From Clostridia bacterium (GTDB lineage Bacteria > Bacillota > Clostridia > UMGS1883): a stretch of DNA of 18,234 nucleotides. The first letter of the stretch is position 1, and every line of letters begins with the position of its first letter. Under the pieces are notes generated by a model, which worked only from the letters and a program-made list of their open reading frames with translations, ran no database searches and was not told the origin of the DNA. The stretch covers positions 1-18,234 of the forward strand of contig JBJDXJ010000012.1 in the NCBI GenBank assembly GCA_051866635.1, given 5' to 3'. Made by a program: the position numbers and the translations under genes. This document shows, piece by piece, positions 6,900 to 14,278 of the stretch.

Positions 6900-8291
6900 T
6901 CAATCCTTACTCATAAGGCATTTTTCATAAGATAAATTATATTTCTGCCAATTTTCAACACTTTTATATTTTTCCTGCGTTTCTCTAAACCAGTTTATGC
7001 ACTGCTCTTTCACATTTTCATCTTCTGTATTTTTATAAACTCGTTCAACTTCACTTGCAGCATCTGAAGAAAGGGTCAACATGTAAGTTATTTCCCCTCT
7101 TTCCCCTAAAAGAAATCTGTCTGCTTGATTTTTTGCAATAATTTTATCCATTGGTACCACATTTAAAATCATGTAGTAAAAAAGTGCAATTGCAAAGTAA
7201 ACCATAACAACATTAAAGTTTGGCTTTATTATATAGAAGAAAGTAATTAAAAGCCCTATTGCTTCAAATATCAGAAATCCAAAAACCATAAATCTGAGTC
7301 TTGTAAGTCCATCGGCTTGGTTATAAAGCCACATTCTGTAAAATGATGATGCTAAAAGTACTACCGTAACAGCACAAAGATAACAGTCAAGGACTTTTAT
7401 AAACCACATTTTCTTTCCCAAAAGATGTCCTGTTAACTTGGTAACCAATAGTATTGCTCCTATATTTACCACAGAAAGTCCCAACAGTTCAAAAAATCCC
7501 TTTCTGGCATATTCCGTAACATTCAATCCGTAAGGCAAGCTCCCACCTGAAAACAGGTACTTGAACTGAATAAACACAAATACCGTGTAAACCATAAGTA
7601 CTGACATAAGTACGGTACTTATTATAATCAAATCGCCTTTTATTGTTTTTTCTTCATGCCAATCGTAATCTTCATACCCTGTTGCAATGACGCCGAACAG
7701 ATATATGCCTATCAGAAATCCTGCAACTACTTTTATCAGGCTGTTAAAGCTGAAAACATCAGTTATCTTGTTTAAAACATTTTCGACACCCTTACCGAAA
7801 ACCATGTCAGCACCTGACAAAACAAGACACAACAAGGCAACCGTAACAATGCTTATACCTACCGCTACCAGAACACGCTTTAACCTTGTGCTTTTTCCAT
7901 GTCCCAAATCGCAAGCCCATTCAACAGGATAGTAAAATTTCCCCAAAGGTTGAAAAATTCTTTCAAACAGCTCCCTAATAAAAACCAGGCTTGTATTTTT
8001 TAAATCGAATTTCACAAACATTGCACTGTAAAGCACAAGGCATACAACAAAGTTTGCACCGGCAAAAATTCTGTTCCCGCTTATAAAGAAGTTTAATGAA
8101 ATAATTACAACGGGTATGTAAAATATAAGTTTTTTCTTCTCCGGAATTACAAAATAAAGGGCAAATGCCTGTAAAATTGCAAATACAACCACGCCTATTC
8201 CCGAATTTTCCGCCATAACCAAGTAAGATGAAGTCAAGGCTGTTACAATCAAATAAATAAGCATCCTGATTTTAAGTTTATCGTTATACAT
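6900..8291 (-). CDS. Polytopic membrane protein, DUF4153/DUF4173-like
   Basis: About 12 hydrophobic segments. Motifs LSGADMVF, QFKYLF.G, YARKGFFEL and SSFYRMWLY..ADGLTRLR. It lies downstream of a DUF2975/HTH pair. Confidence 0.8.
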   Translation of the reverse strand: MYNDKLKIRMLIYLIVTALTSSYLVMAENSGIGVVVFAILQAFALYFVIPEKKKLIFYIPVVIISLNFFISGNRIFAGANFVVCLVLYSAMFVKFDLKNTSLVFIRELFERIFQPLGKFYYPVEWACDLGHGKSTRLKRVLVAVGISIVTVALLCLVLSGADMVFGKGVENVLNKITDVFSFNSLIKVVAGFLIGIYLFGVIATGYEDYDWHEEKTIKGDLIIISTVLMSVLMVYTVFVFIQFKYLFSGGSLPYGLNVTEYARKGFFELLGLSVVNIGAILLVTKLTGHLLGKKMWFIKVLDCYLCAVTVVLLASSFYRMWLYNQADGLTRLRFMVFGFLIFEAIGLLITFFYIIKPNFNVVMVYFAIALFYYMILNVVPMDKIIAKNQADRFLLGERGEITYMLTLSSDAASEVERVYKNTEDENVKEQCINWFRETQEKYKSVENWQKYNLSYEKCLMSKD

Positions 8292-8293
8292 GC

Positions 8294-8500
8294 CTAATCC
8301 TCCTTAAACTCAAGTATATCCCCCGGCTGACATTGAAGGACTTTACAAATATCCTCCAAAGTTGAAAACCTTACGGCTTTTGCCTTGTTATTTTTTAATA
8401 TGGACAGGTTTGCAGGTGTAATGCCTATCTTTTCTGCCAATTCCATAAGCCCTATTTTCCGCTTTGCCATCATGACATCTAAGTTTATAATTATCGGCAT
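8294..8500 (-). CDS. Small XRE/Cro-type HTH transcriptional regulator (YozG-like)
   Basis: MPIIINLDVMMAKRK...ELAEKIGITPANLSILKNNKAKAVRFSTL..IC..L.CQPGDILE is the typical YozG-family sequence. SD GAGGTG. Confidence 0.92.
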   Translation of the reverse strand: MPIIINLDVMMAKRKIGLMELAEKIGITPANLSILKNNKAKAVRFSTLEDICKVLQCQPGDILEFKED

Positions 8501-8509
8501 ATCATCACC

Positions 8510-8962
8510 TCATATAGTCAATTCGTTTTCAATTCTGTAATTGATAGCTTGCTTGAACAAGTCCTTTAATGTCAGGCAAAACAAACATGCTATTGCAAAA
8601 ATAAGTGAAATTGTCACACTGCCTACAGTAAACGCCAAAACCGACTGCACCGCAAAGATTATACAGCTAAGCATTGCGGCAATAGCCATGTGCCTGAATG
8701 ATGCCACATTTTCCTCTACAAAAGGACTGCCTTCAAGCAAGGTTTTATACATTTTCTTTATATTAAAAAGTATGTATACTGCACAGACACCTCCAAGTGT
8801 CAATGTCACACGGTAAACATCTTCATAATTTTGTGAATATCCAAAAAGCTTTATAAGACTGCCTATTGTAAAAGGCACTGCCGCAGTACAAAAGATACCC
8901 CCGTAAAACATTATTTCAACTACCCATTTTGCAATATGGTGAATAATACTCTTTTTATACAT
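8510..8962 (-). CDS. DUF2975-family membrane protein (YoaS-like)
   Basis: Four TM segments, the motif PF..ENV..FR and the C-terminal F.QAI..R.ENELTI. It directly precedes the YozG-like HTH. Confidence 0.85.
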   Translation of the reverse strand: MYKKSIIHHIAKWVVEIMFYGGIFCTAAVPFTIGSLIKLFGYSQNYEDVYRVTLTLGGVCAVYILFNIKKMYKTLLEGSPFVEENVASFRHMAIAAMLSCIIFAVQSVLAFTVGSVTISLIFAIACLFCLTLKDLFKQAINYRIENELTI

Positions 8963-8988
8963 ATTTTCATCCGTCCTTTCCTGCCTCT

Positions 8989-9017
8989 ATATTACAACAG
9001 TTTTTTCTGTTTGTCAA
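8989..9017 (-). promoter_or_regulatory. SigA-type promoter of the DUF2975 operon
   Basis: Minus strand TTGACA-N17-TAATAT. Confidence 0.65.
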
Positions 9018-9050
9018 TATTTGTTTATCGTTTTTCAATAAATAAATATT
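9016..9050. promoter_or_regulatory. Palindromic operator candidate
   Basis: AATATTTGTTTATCG-ttttt-CAATAAATAAATATT. The arms match at 13/15 positions and abut the -35 box. Confidence 0.55.
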
Positions 9051-9100
9051 TTTACACATAATCCGACAAAATTCATATAATGTAGCAGGAGGTGAAAAAT

Positions 9101-9505
9101 ATGACTGAGCTCAATTGTCAATGTCCAGATTGTACAACTCACAGTGTTATACTAAGCACAATTTTAGGTGTTATAGCCGCCTTTCTTTCTATTACGTGTA
9201 TTCTCAGGCTAACTGCACCAATCATTTTTACAGCACTTATAGTAGCCCTTTTGTATCTGCCTGTGGTTTTAATTGCACTGTCGCTTAGAACATGTTCTGC
9301 TACACGTTGTGTGTGCCGGGCATTAAAAGCGATTATTATAGGAGTTTTAGGAACTGTCATAACTTCGTTGATACTTCTTACAATCCCCTGTTTCCCCATA
9401 GGTGTTATTTATGCAATTATAGTAGGTCTTCTGACGCTGTTCTTCTTTTTGATGCTATCTTCTACCGGATGCCTTATCCGTTGCATTTCCAACTGCCCCG
9501 ACTAA
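9101..9505 (+). CDS. Cys-rich small membrane protein, possibly sporulation-associated
   Basis: Strong SD AGGAGGTG before ATG 9101. 134 aa, about 4 TM segments, 11 Cys. A sporulation-sigma-like CATATAAT lies upstream and the gene has its own terminator. Confidence 0.75.
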   Translation: MTELNCQCPDCTTHSVILSTILGVIAAFLSITCILRLTAPIIFTALIVALLYLPVVLIALSLRTCSATRCVCRALKAIIIGVLGTVITSLILLTIPCFPIGVIYAIIVGLLTLFFFLMLSSTGCLIRCISNCPD

Positions 9506-9506
9506 C

Positions 9507-9532
9507 AAAAACCACCTTTCGGTGGTTTTTTT
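9507..9532. terminator. Bidirectional intrinsic terminator
   Basis: AAAAACCACC-tttc-GGTGGTTTTTTT between convergent genes. Confidence 0.88.
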
Positions 9533-10367
9533 ACATATCGGACGGCATCGCAGCCTCTATTTCCATTTTTTTGTTTTCTGTTGGATGGAGAAATTCTATC
9601 CTTTTACAATGAAGTCTCGTTTTCTCATTTTGTTGACATGCCCCATACAACCAATCTCCGTAAATAGGCGTGCCTATATAGCTCATATGCACCCTTAACT
9701 GGTGGGTCCTGCCTGTAATGGGATTAAGCCTTACAAGACAATAGCTTCCCACCACCTTTTCAACCTTATACTTCGTTACTGCCTCTTTCCCATTTTCGGA
9801 TACAATGCGACGAATTCCCTCCCCACGGCATATAGGGGCATTTATTATGCCTTCTTTCGGGTTTGGTACACCACTTACCCAAGCAAGATATTCCTTTTGT
9901 ATTTCACCATTTCTCATTTCTTCGTTCAGTTTATGGGCTGAAAGGTGGTTTTTTGCAATAAGTACAACACCTGAGGTGTCTTTGTCAAGGCGTGTAATAA
10001 CACGAAAAGTAGGTTTTTTTAAATAATATACCATCCCGTTTGCCAAAGTCCCCGTAGTGTGTTCCGTTGAAGGGTGTACCGGCATATTTCTTGGTTTATT
10101 CACTGCAATAATATCACAATCTTCATATAGTATATCAAGTTCCATTTTTTCAGGAATGATGTTTCCTGTCTTTTCCTCGGGTATTTCAATCTGAACTTCT
10201 TCATTTTTGCACATAATACGGTTCATATGCACTGCTTCGCCGTTTATTTTAACGCCTTCTGTCTGTTTCAGCTTTTTTATAATATTTTCCGAAAATCCCA
10301 ATTCACTTTTGAGTATATATTCAAGCTTTCGATTATGCATATCAGAAGTGATTTTAATTACATTCAT
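9531..10367 (-). CDS. RluA-family pseudouridine synthase
   Basis: N-terminal S4-like segment, then ILYED..IIAVNKP, TRLDKDTSG (catalytic Asp), KEYLA, TGRTHQLRVHMSYIGTPIYGD.LYG and LHC..IEFLHP. Confidence 0.93.
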   Translation of the reverse strand: MNVIKITSDMHNRKLEYILKSELGFSENIIKKLKQTEGVKINGEAVHMNRIMCKNEEVQIEIPEEKTGNIIPEKMELDILYEDCDIIAVNKPRNMPVHPSTEHTTGTLANGMVYYLKKPTFRVITRLDKDTSGVVLIAKNHLSAHKLNEEMRNGEIQKEYLAWVSGVPNPKEGIINAPICRGEGIRRIVSENGKEAVTKYKVEKVVGSYCLVRLNPITGRTHQLRVHMSYIGTPIYGDWLYGACQQNEKTRLHCKRIEFLHPTENKKMEIEAAMPSDM

Positions 10368-10419
10368 AAATACTCCTTATCTTTCAGGCATGGTACAGAT
10401 GATGATTTACCTCTTCCTT

Positions 10420-10539
10420 CTTCACTATTACCTATTACTTTCCAAAAATCGATAAGGCTTTTTTAGGAATAGTGAATAGTTAATAAGTAATAAGTAAAAT
10501 CGATAAGCCCCTTACGAGTCTTGTCGATTTTTGGGAAAG
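10420..10539. repeat. REP-like inverted repeat with internal heptamer microsatellite
   Basis: CTTTCCAAAAATCGATAAG (10438-10456) and AAAATCGATAAG (10496-10507) are both near-complementary to CTTGTCGATTTTTGGGAAAG (10520-10539). A run of AATAGTG/AATAGTT/AATAAGT/AATAAGT lies between them. Confidence 0.55.
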
Positions 10540-10565
10540 CAGAACCATAAGGATATTTTTGTTTA

Positions 10566-10740
10566 GTGAAATATCAAGCTAAGCTTGATGTGAAATAATT
10601 TACTTCGCAAATTGTGAAATTTGAAACTATTGTTTCAAGTGAAATGAAATAAATCCACACGCCGCAAGGCGTATTTCACATTGTGTAGCAATATTTCACG
10701 CCCGAAGGGTATTTCACAAATCCGATAGGATTTATTTCGT
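10566..10740. repeat. GTGAAAT / ATTTCAC heptamer-hairpin ladder
   Basis: GTGAAAT at 10566, 10590, 10614 and 10639. ATTTCAC at 10673, 10693 and 10711, plus ATTTCGT at 10734. Each spacer contains a different mini-hairpin. Confidence 0.8.
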
Positions 10741-10741
10741 T

Positions 10742-10782
10742 GAAAAAATGGCAGGTTTTCTATCAAAACCTACCATTTTTTC
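10742..10782 (-). terminator. Intrinsic terminator hairpin directly after the tRNA CCA
   Basis: Minus strand GAAAAAATGGTAGGTTTT-gatag-AAAACCTGCCATTTTTTC. Confidence 0.75.
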
Positions 10783-10858
10783 TGGCTCCTCCAGCTGGAC
10801 TTGAACCAGCGACATCATGATTAACAGTCATGCGCTCTACCGACTGAGCTATAGAGGA
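10783..10858 (-). tRNA. tRNA-Asn (anticodon GTT)
   Basis: Reverse complement TCCTCTATAGCTCAGTCGGTAGAGCGCATGACTGTTAATCATGATGTCGCTGGTTCAAGTCCAGCTGGAGGAGCCA forms a 76-nt cloverleaf with TTC T-loop and encoded CCA. Confidence 0.97.
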
Positions 10859-10883
10859 ATATTCAATTATTGACTACTTTATT

Positions 10884-10912
10884 ATTATAACCTTTATAGC
10901 TGAAAATGTCAA
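10884..10912 (-). promoter_or_regulatory. Consensus SigA promoter of tRNA-Asn
   Basis: Minus strand TTGACA-N17-TATAAT with an A-rich UP region. Confidence 0.88.
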
Positions 10913-10974
10913 GTACTTTTTTTAATTATTTTAATTGTTTTTTGTTGATGGGATATGCCACTTTTTGCACCTTG

Positions 10975-11106
10975 TTTTGCTCCGGTTATAATTTCACAGG
11001 ATATTCCGGTCAATCTTTCAGGTTTCCCCATAGTAAAGCCCTTATTCCGTAGGGCACCAATCAAAGCATCCCTTTCGTGTTTTGGGAACAGATATAATTC
11101 ATTTAT
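10975..11106 (-). pseudogene. Possible remnant of a transposase C-terminal HTH (REP-associated tyrosine transposase-like)
   Basis: ERDALIGALRNKGFTMGKPERLTGISCEII resembles the RD..I..L...G.SIRQI.RLTGIS..II tail I recall from clostridial Y1/RAYT-like transposases. There is no SD, and the ORF start lies inside a terminator. Confidence 0.45.
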
Positions 11107-11142
11107 TACAAAACTTTTTTGAAAATTTAGTTTATCGACAAT

Positions 11143-11178
11143 CAAAAATGGCCCCTCAGTATGAGAGACCATTTTTTG
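11143..11178 (-). terminator. Intrinsic terminator of the surface-protein operon
   Basis: Minus strand AAAAATGGTCTCTCA-tac-TGAGGGGCCATTTTT, about 20 nt after the stop at 11197. Confidence 0.8.
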
Positions 11179-11196
11179 GTTTAACTGATTAAATTT

Positions 11197-14100
11197 TTAC
11201 TTTTCTACTCCCATGATTTCTTCCATTACCTGATTGTAGAATCCTTCAAGATGATCAAGTTCAGCCACATCATCACCAAGGATATAAATTTCATGTACTG
11301 CATAGCCTGTTAAAGCAGTCCACTTAGGTGATGTATCGTAAGCACGCTTTCTTACCAATACAAGCTGACCGGGTGTAATATCTTCCAAAGAACCCTTAGT
11401 AATAGAGTCAAAGTAGCCGTCACGGTCATAATTTACCTTATAAACCGTACCTTCAAGTCTTTCGTTGGAAAGTACGCTTAAAGAATATGTGCTTTCAGCG
11501 GGATTTTCCTTAGAAATGCTTCCGCCTGTTGCATAAGCCATGCTGAAGAGCTTTCTGCCTACCACTTCATCAATAGAAGTTATCATACCGCAGTAGTAAC
11601 GTGTACAGTATGTGTAACTTGCCCAGTAGTTCCACTTTCTCCACTGTTCCTGATAGAAGGGCTGGAAAGGCATTAACTTAGTTTCTGTTGTCGCATTGTA
11701 TATGGGGTTAACCATATCCATCATGTTAGCATAAAGACTTGTGTCAAAGTAAGGAGCAATATCTTCAATATAAGAACCATCTGTAGAAATTCTTACGGGA
11801 TAACCATTGGGATATAACTCACCATCAAGATATGCAACCCATTCATACTGAGGTCTTACAAGAGAGTTTCTTACGCTTGTACCGTCGAAGTAGTAAACTC
11901 TTACAGTAGGATCGCCGCTGTTACGGTCAACAGCTTTTGTAATCTTCTGGATGAACTTGGGAGGTGTATTATCCTGATAATATGTAGCATCTCTGTTCTG
12001 GTCATCATCTTCAGAAGAGTCAACAGATTCATCATACCAGTTAGCCATTACAAGGAAATTACAGATAGTCTTCTGCATGTCAACCTTTGATTCATCAGGA
12101 CTGTAATAATAAGCCCAACAGTAATCATATATGTCGAAGTTGTAGTTGTCCCAGTATGTGTTCATATACTTTGTATAGAAAGACTGGTTATCGTTAGTAT
12201 GAACAGCAGCTTCTTCAATAAGGAAGTTAACTGTGCTGTCATCACAATATGTTCTCTTACCAACAGTGTTACCATATTCATCAACTGTTGTTTCTCCACT
12301 GTAGTGTAAGCACTTGTAACCTGCACTGTAGTAAAGATATCCTGAAGTTTTAATCTGTCTTGTCTGAAGATAACCGTCGTTTTCACCCACAACAATTACT
12401 TCGCAAATTTCGTCCTTGCTGTTTACCTTGTAAAGGAAACCTGCTCTGGAAGGATGAGGACGAGCCATGTTATTTGACTTATAAACAGGGTCTTCTGTTG
12501 CACCGAAGAGAGCATCTGTATATGCAAGTTCATAGAACTCTTCGCTTGTCATCTTGTCATCGTTAACCTTAATGGAGGATGCAAGATTATAAATTTTTAC
12601 GCCGCTATTCTGTGTAAGAACCTTTACCTGATAACCACGGGCAAGACCACCGTCATTGATAGCGATAAACATACCTATGTTCTTTCTGATAACAGTTGTA
12701 CCTTCAAAACCTACGATACGCATATCGGCATCAAGATAAAATTCACCTGTATCGGAAACTGCAAGTTCAACCTTGCCCTTTGCGGCAGGGGAAATTTCGT
12801 ATTCAACACCGTTGATTGTGTAATAACCATCATAGCTTATTTCTGTAACTTCGCCCTTAACTCTGTTGTTTGAAACTACAACTTTCTTTTCAAGACCGTC
12901 CAAGGACTGGTATACATAAAGAACGCTGTACTGCTTAATATCACTAAGCTGAGCCGCACCGCCCTGAGAGTTAAGTAGTGTTACATGATAATCGTCATGT
13001 GTGGGGTCAAGCTTGTATGTTGTTGTACGGTCATAGTAACCGGAAACGCTACCTGTTGACTGAGAAGCAGAGAAAACATATACAAGTTCATATTCCCAAA
13101 CATCGATAATATCGTACTTATCATCGCCATTATTATCAATGAATATTACGTAACCGTTTTCAGGCTTAAGAAGCTCTGTCTGAACATCGATTACAGCCTT
13201 GCCGTTATAAAGAACAAGAGGTGTAGCACTTGTTTTGACATACTTTGTCTTCTTATCTGTCTTCTTGTCGTTCCAGTAATTATATGTGTAACCTTCAACT
13301 GTAGCTTCAATACTTTCAATATTGTCAGCCTGAATAGTTACAAGGTTATTCTTTACGTTCTTGACACCGTAAGCAATAATTGTTCTGCTACCTGTCAAAT
13401 CGTCATCAAGAGCATATACAGTGGCATAGTATCCAAGGTAGGATCCAATGTCTGTACTGCCTACATAGAAGGCTTCACCGTTGATAAGAACCTGTTTTTT
13501 ATCAACAGTTGTTTCACCGTCAATAGCAACATATTCGTTTTCAGCAATGATACCGTTTACTTCATAAACGTCAAAGTATGTATTAAGTGCATTCTTACCT
13601 TCTACTGCACGATATTCCACAACCGTACCGTCAACAGAGTAGGATACAGCTTCCATAATGTCAACAGTCAATGCCGCATATACAAGTTTTGCAACATCAC
13701 CGCGAGTAATGTTCTGACCCATGGAGGTTGAAAGCTTCTTTGTAAGACCAAGTCTCTGTGCTACATAAACATAGTCACTGAGCTTGTCACCTCGGCTGAT
13801 AGCCTGGTGAGAATAACCAAGAGCAGAAACTACCATCTGCATAGCATCTTCGTAAGAAGCACTCATGTCAGGGTTAAAGTTACCGTCTTCGTCACTTCTT
13901 GCAATACCTGCGGCCTTTGCCAAAGCAATAACGCCGCCTGCCCAACCTTCATAATCGTACATATCGTTAAAAAGGTCCATATCGTCGGGAGCTGTTTCAG
14001 GATATTCGTCAATACCTGCAAGCTTTACCGCAACAGCTACCATTTCAGCACGTGTAATTGTGTTATAAGGAAGGAAAGAACCGTCCGTATAACCTCCCAT

Positions 14101-14250
14101 AATGCCCAAAGCGCTAAGCACATCAACTGCAAGTTCGCAATCGGTGTCCACAGTGTCATAATATGTACCTGCCACTGCACTGTTGGGAACAACTATAAGA
14201 GAGAAAACCATTGTGAGCATTATAAACATGCTCATAATTCTTTTTTTCAT
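11197..14250 (-). CDS. S-layer-type protein, 1017 aa, with N-terminal SLH domains
   Basis: Signal peptide, then GIMGGYTDGSFLPYNTITRAEM, FNPDMSASYEDA and QNITRGDVAKLVY. The body is beta-rich with a DNNGDDKYD Ca-loop-like motif, and the C-terminal part is Tyr/Trp-rich. Confidence 0.9.
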   Translation of the reverse strand: MKKRIMSMFIMLTMVFSLIVVPNSAVAGTYYDTVDTDCELAVDVLSALGIMGGYTDGSFLPYNTITRAEMVAVAVKLAGIDEYPETAPDDMDLFNDMYDYEGWAGGVIALAKAAGIARSDEDGNFNPDMSASYEDAMQMVVSALGYSHQAISRGDKLSDYVYVAQRLGLTKKLSTSMGQNITRGDVAKLVYAALTVDIMEAVSYSVDGTVVEYRAVEGKNALNTYFDVYEVNGIIAENEYVAIDGETTVDKKQVLINGEAFYVGSTDIGSYLGYYATVYALDDDLTGSRTIIAYGVKNVKNNLVTIQADNIESIEATVEGYTYNYWNDKKTDKKTKYVKTSATPLVLYNGKAVIDVQTELLKPENGYVIFIDNNGDDKYDIIDVWEYELVYVFSASQSTGSVSGYYDRTTTYKLDPTHDDYHVTLLNSQGGAAQLSDIKQYSVLYVYQSLDGLEKKVVVSNNRVKGEVTEISYDGYYTINGVEYEISPAAKGKVELAVSDTGEFYLDADMRIVGFEGTTVIRKNIGMFIAINDGGLARGYQVKVLTQNSGVKIYNLASSIKVNDDKMTSEEFYELAYTDALFGATEDPVYKSNNMARPHPSRAGFLYKVNSKDEICEVIVVGENDGYLQTRQIKTSGYLYYSAGYKCLHYSGETTVDEYGNTVGKRTYCDDSTVNFLIEEAAVHTNDNQSFYTKYMNTYWDNYNFDIYDYCWAYYYSPDESKVDMQKTICNFLVMANWYDESVDSSEDDDQNRDATYYQDNTPPKFIQKITKAVDRNSGDPTVRVYYFDGTSVRNSLVRPQYEWVAYLDGELYPNGYPVRISTDGSYIEDIAPYFDTSLYANMMDMVNPIYNATTETKLMPFQPFYQEQWRKWNYWASYTYCTRYYCGMITSIDEVVGRKLFSMAYATGGSISKENPAESTYSLSVLSNERLEGTVYKVNYDRDGYFDSITKGSLEDITPGQLVLVRKRAYDTSPKWTALTGYAVHEIYILGDDVAELDHLEGFYNQVMEEIMGVEK

Positions 14251-14278
14251 ATCGCAACCCTCTCTGTCTGTGAATTTA

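Noticed and set aside
10566-10740. CRISPR array interpretation of the periodic GTGAAAT repeats
   Set aside because: The repeats are only 7 bp, the spacers are mostly 11-18 bp and self-complementary, polarity inverts midway, and there are no cas genes in the window.
10783-10858. tRNA as att site of an integrated island or prophage
   Set aside because: There is no integrase and no duplicated tRNA 3' end in the window, and the flanking genes look chromosomal.
10909-11172. Intact 87-aa gene
   Set aside because: The start codon is inside the operon terminator, there is no SD, and the 3' end runs into the tRNA promoter. Only the central part looks protein-like, so it is kept as a possible remnant.
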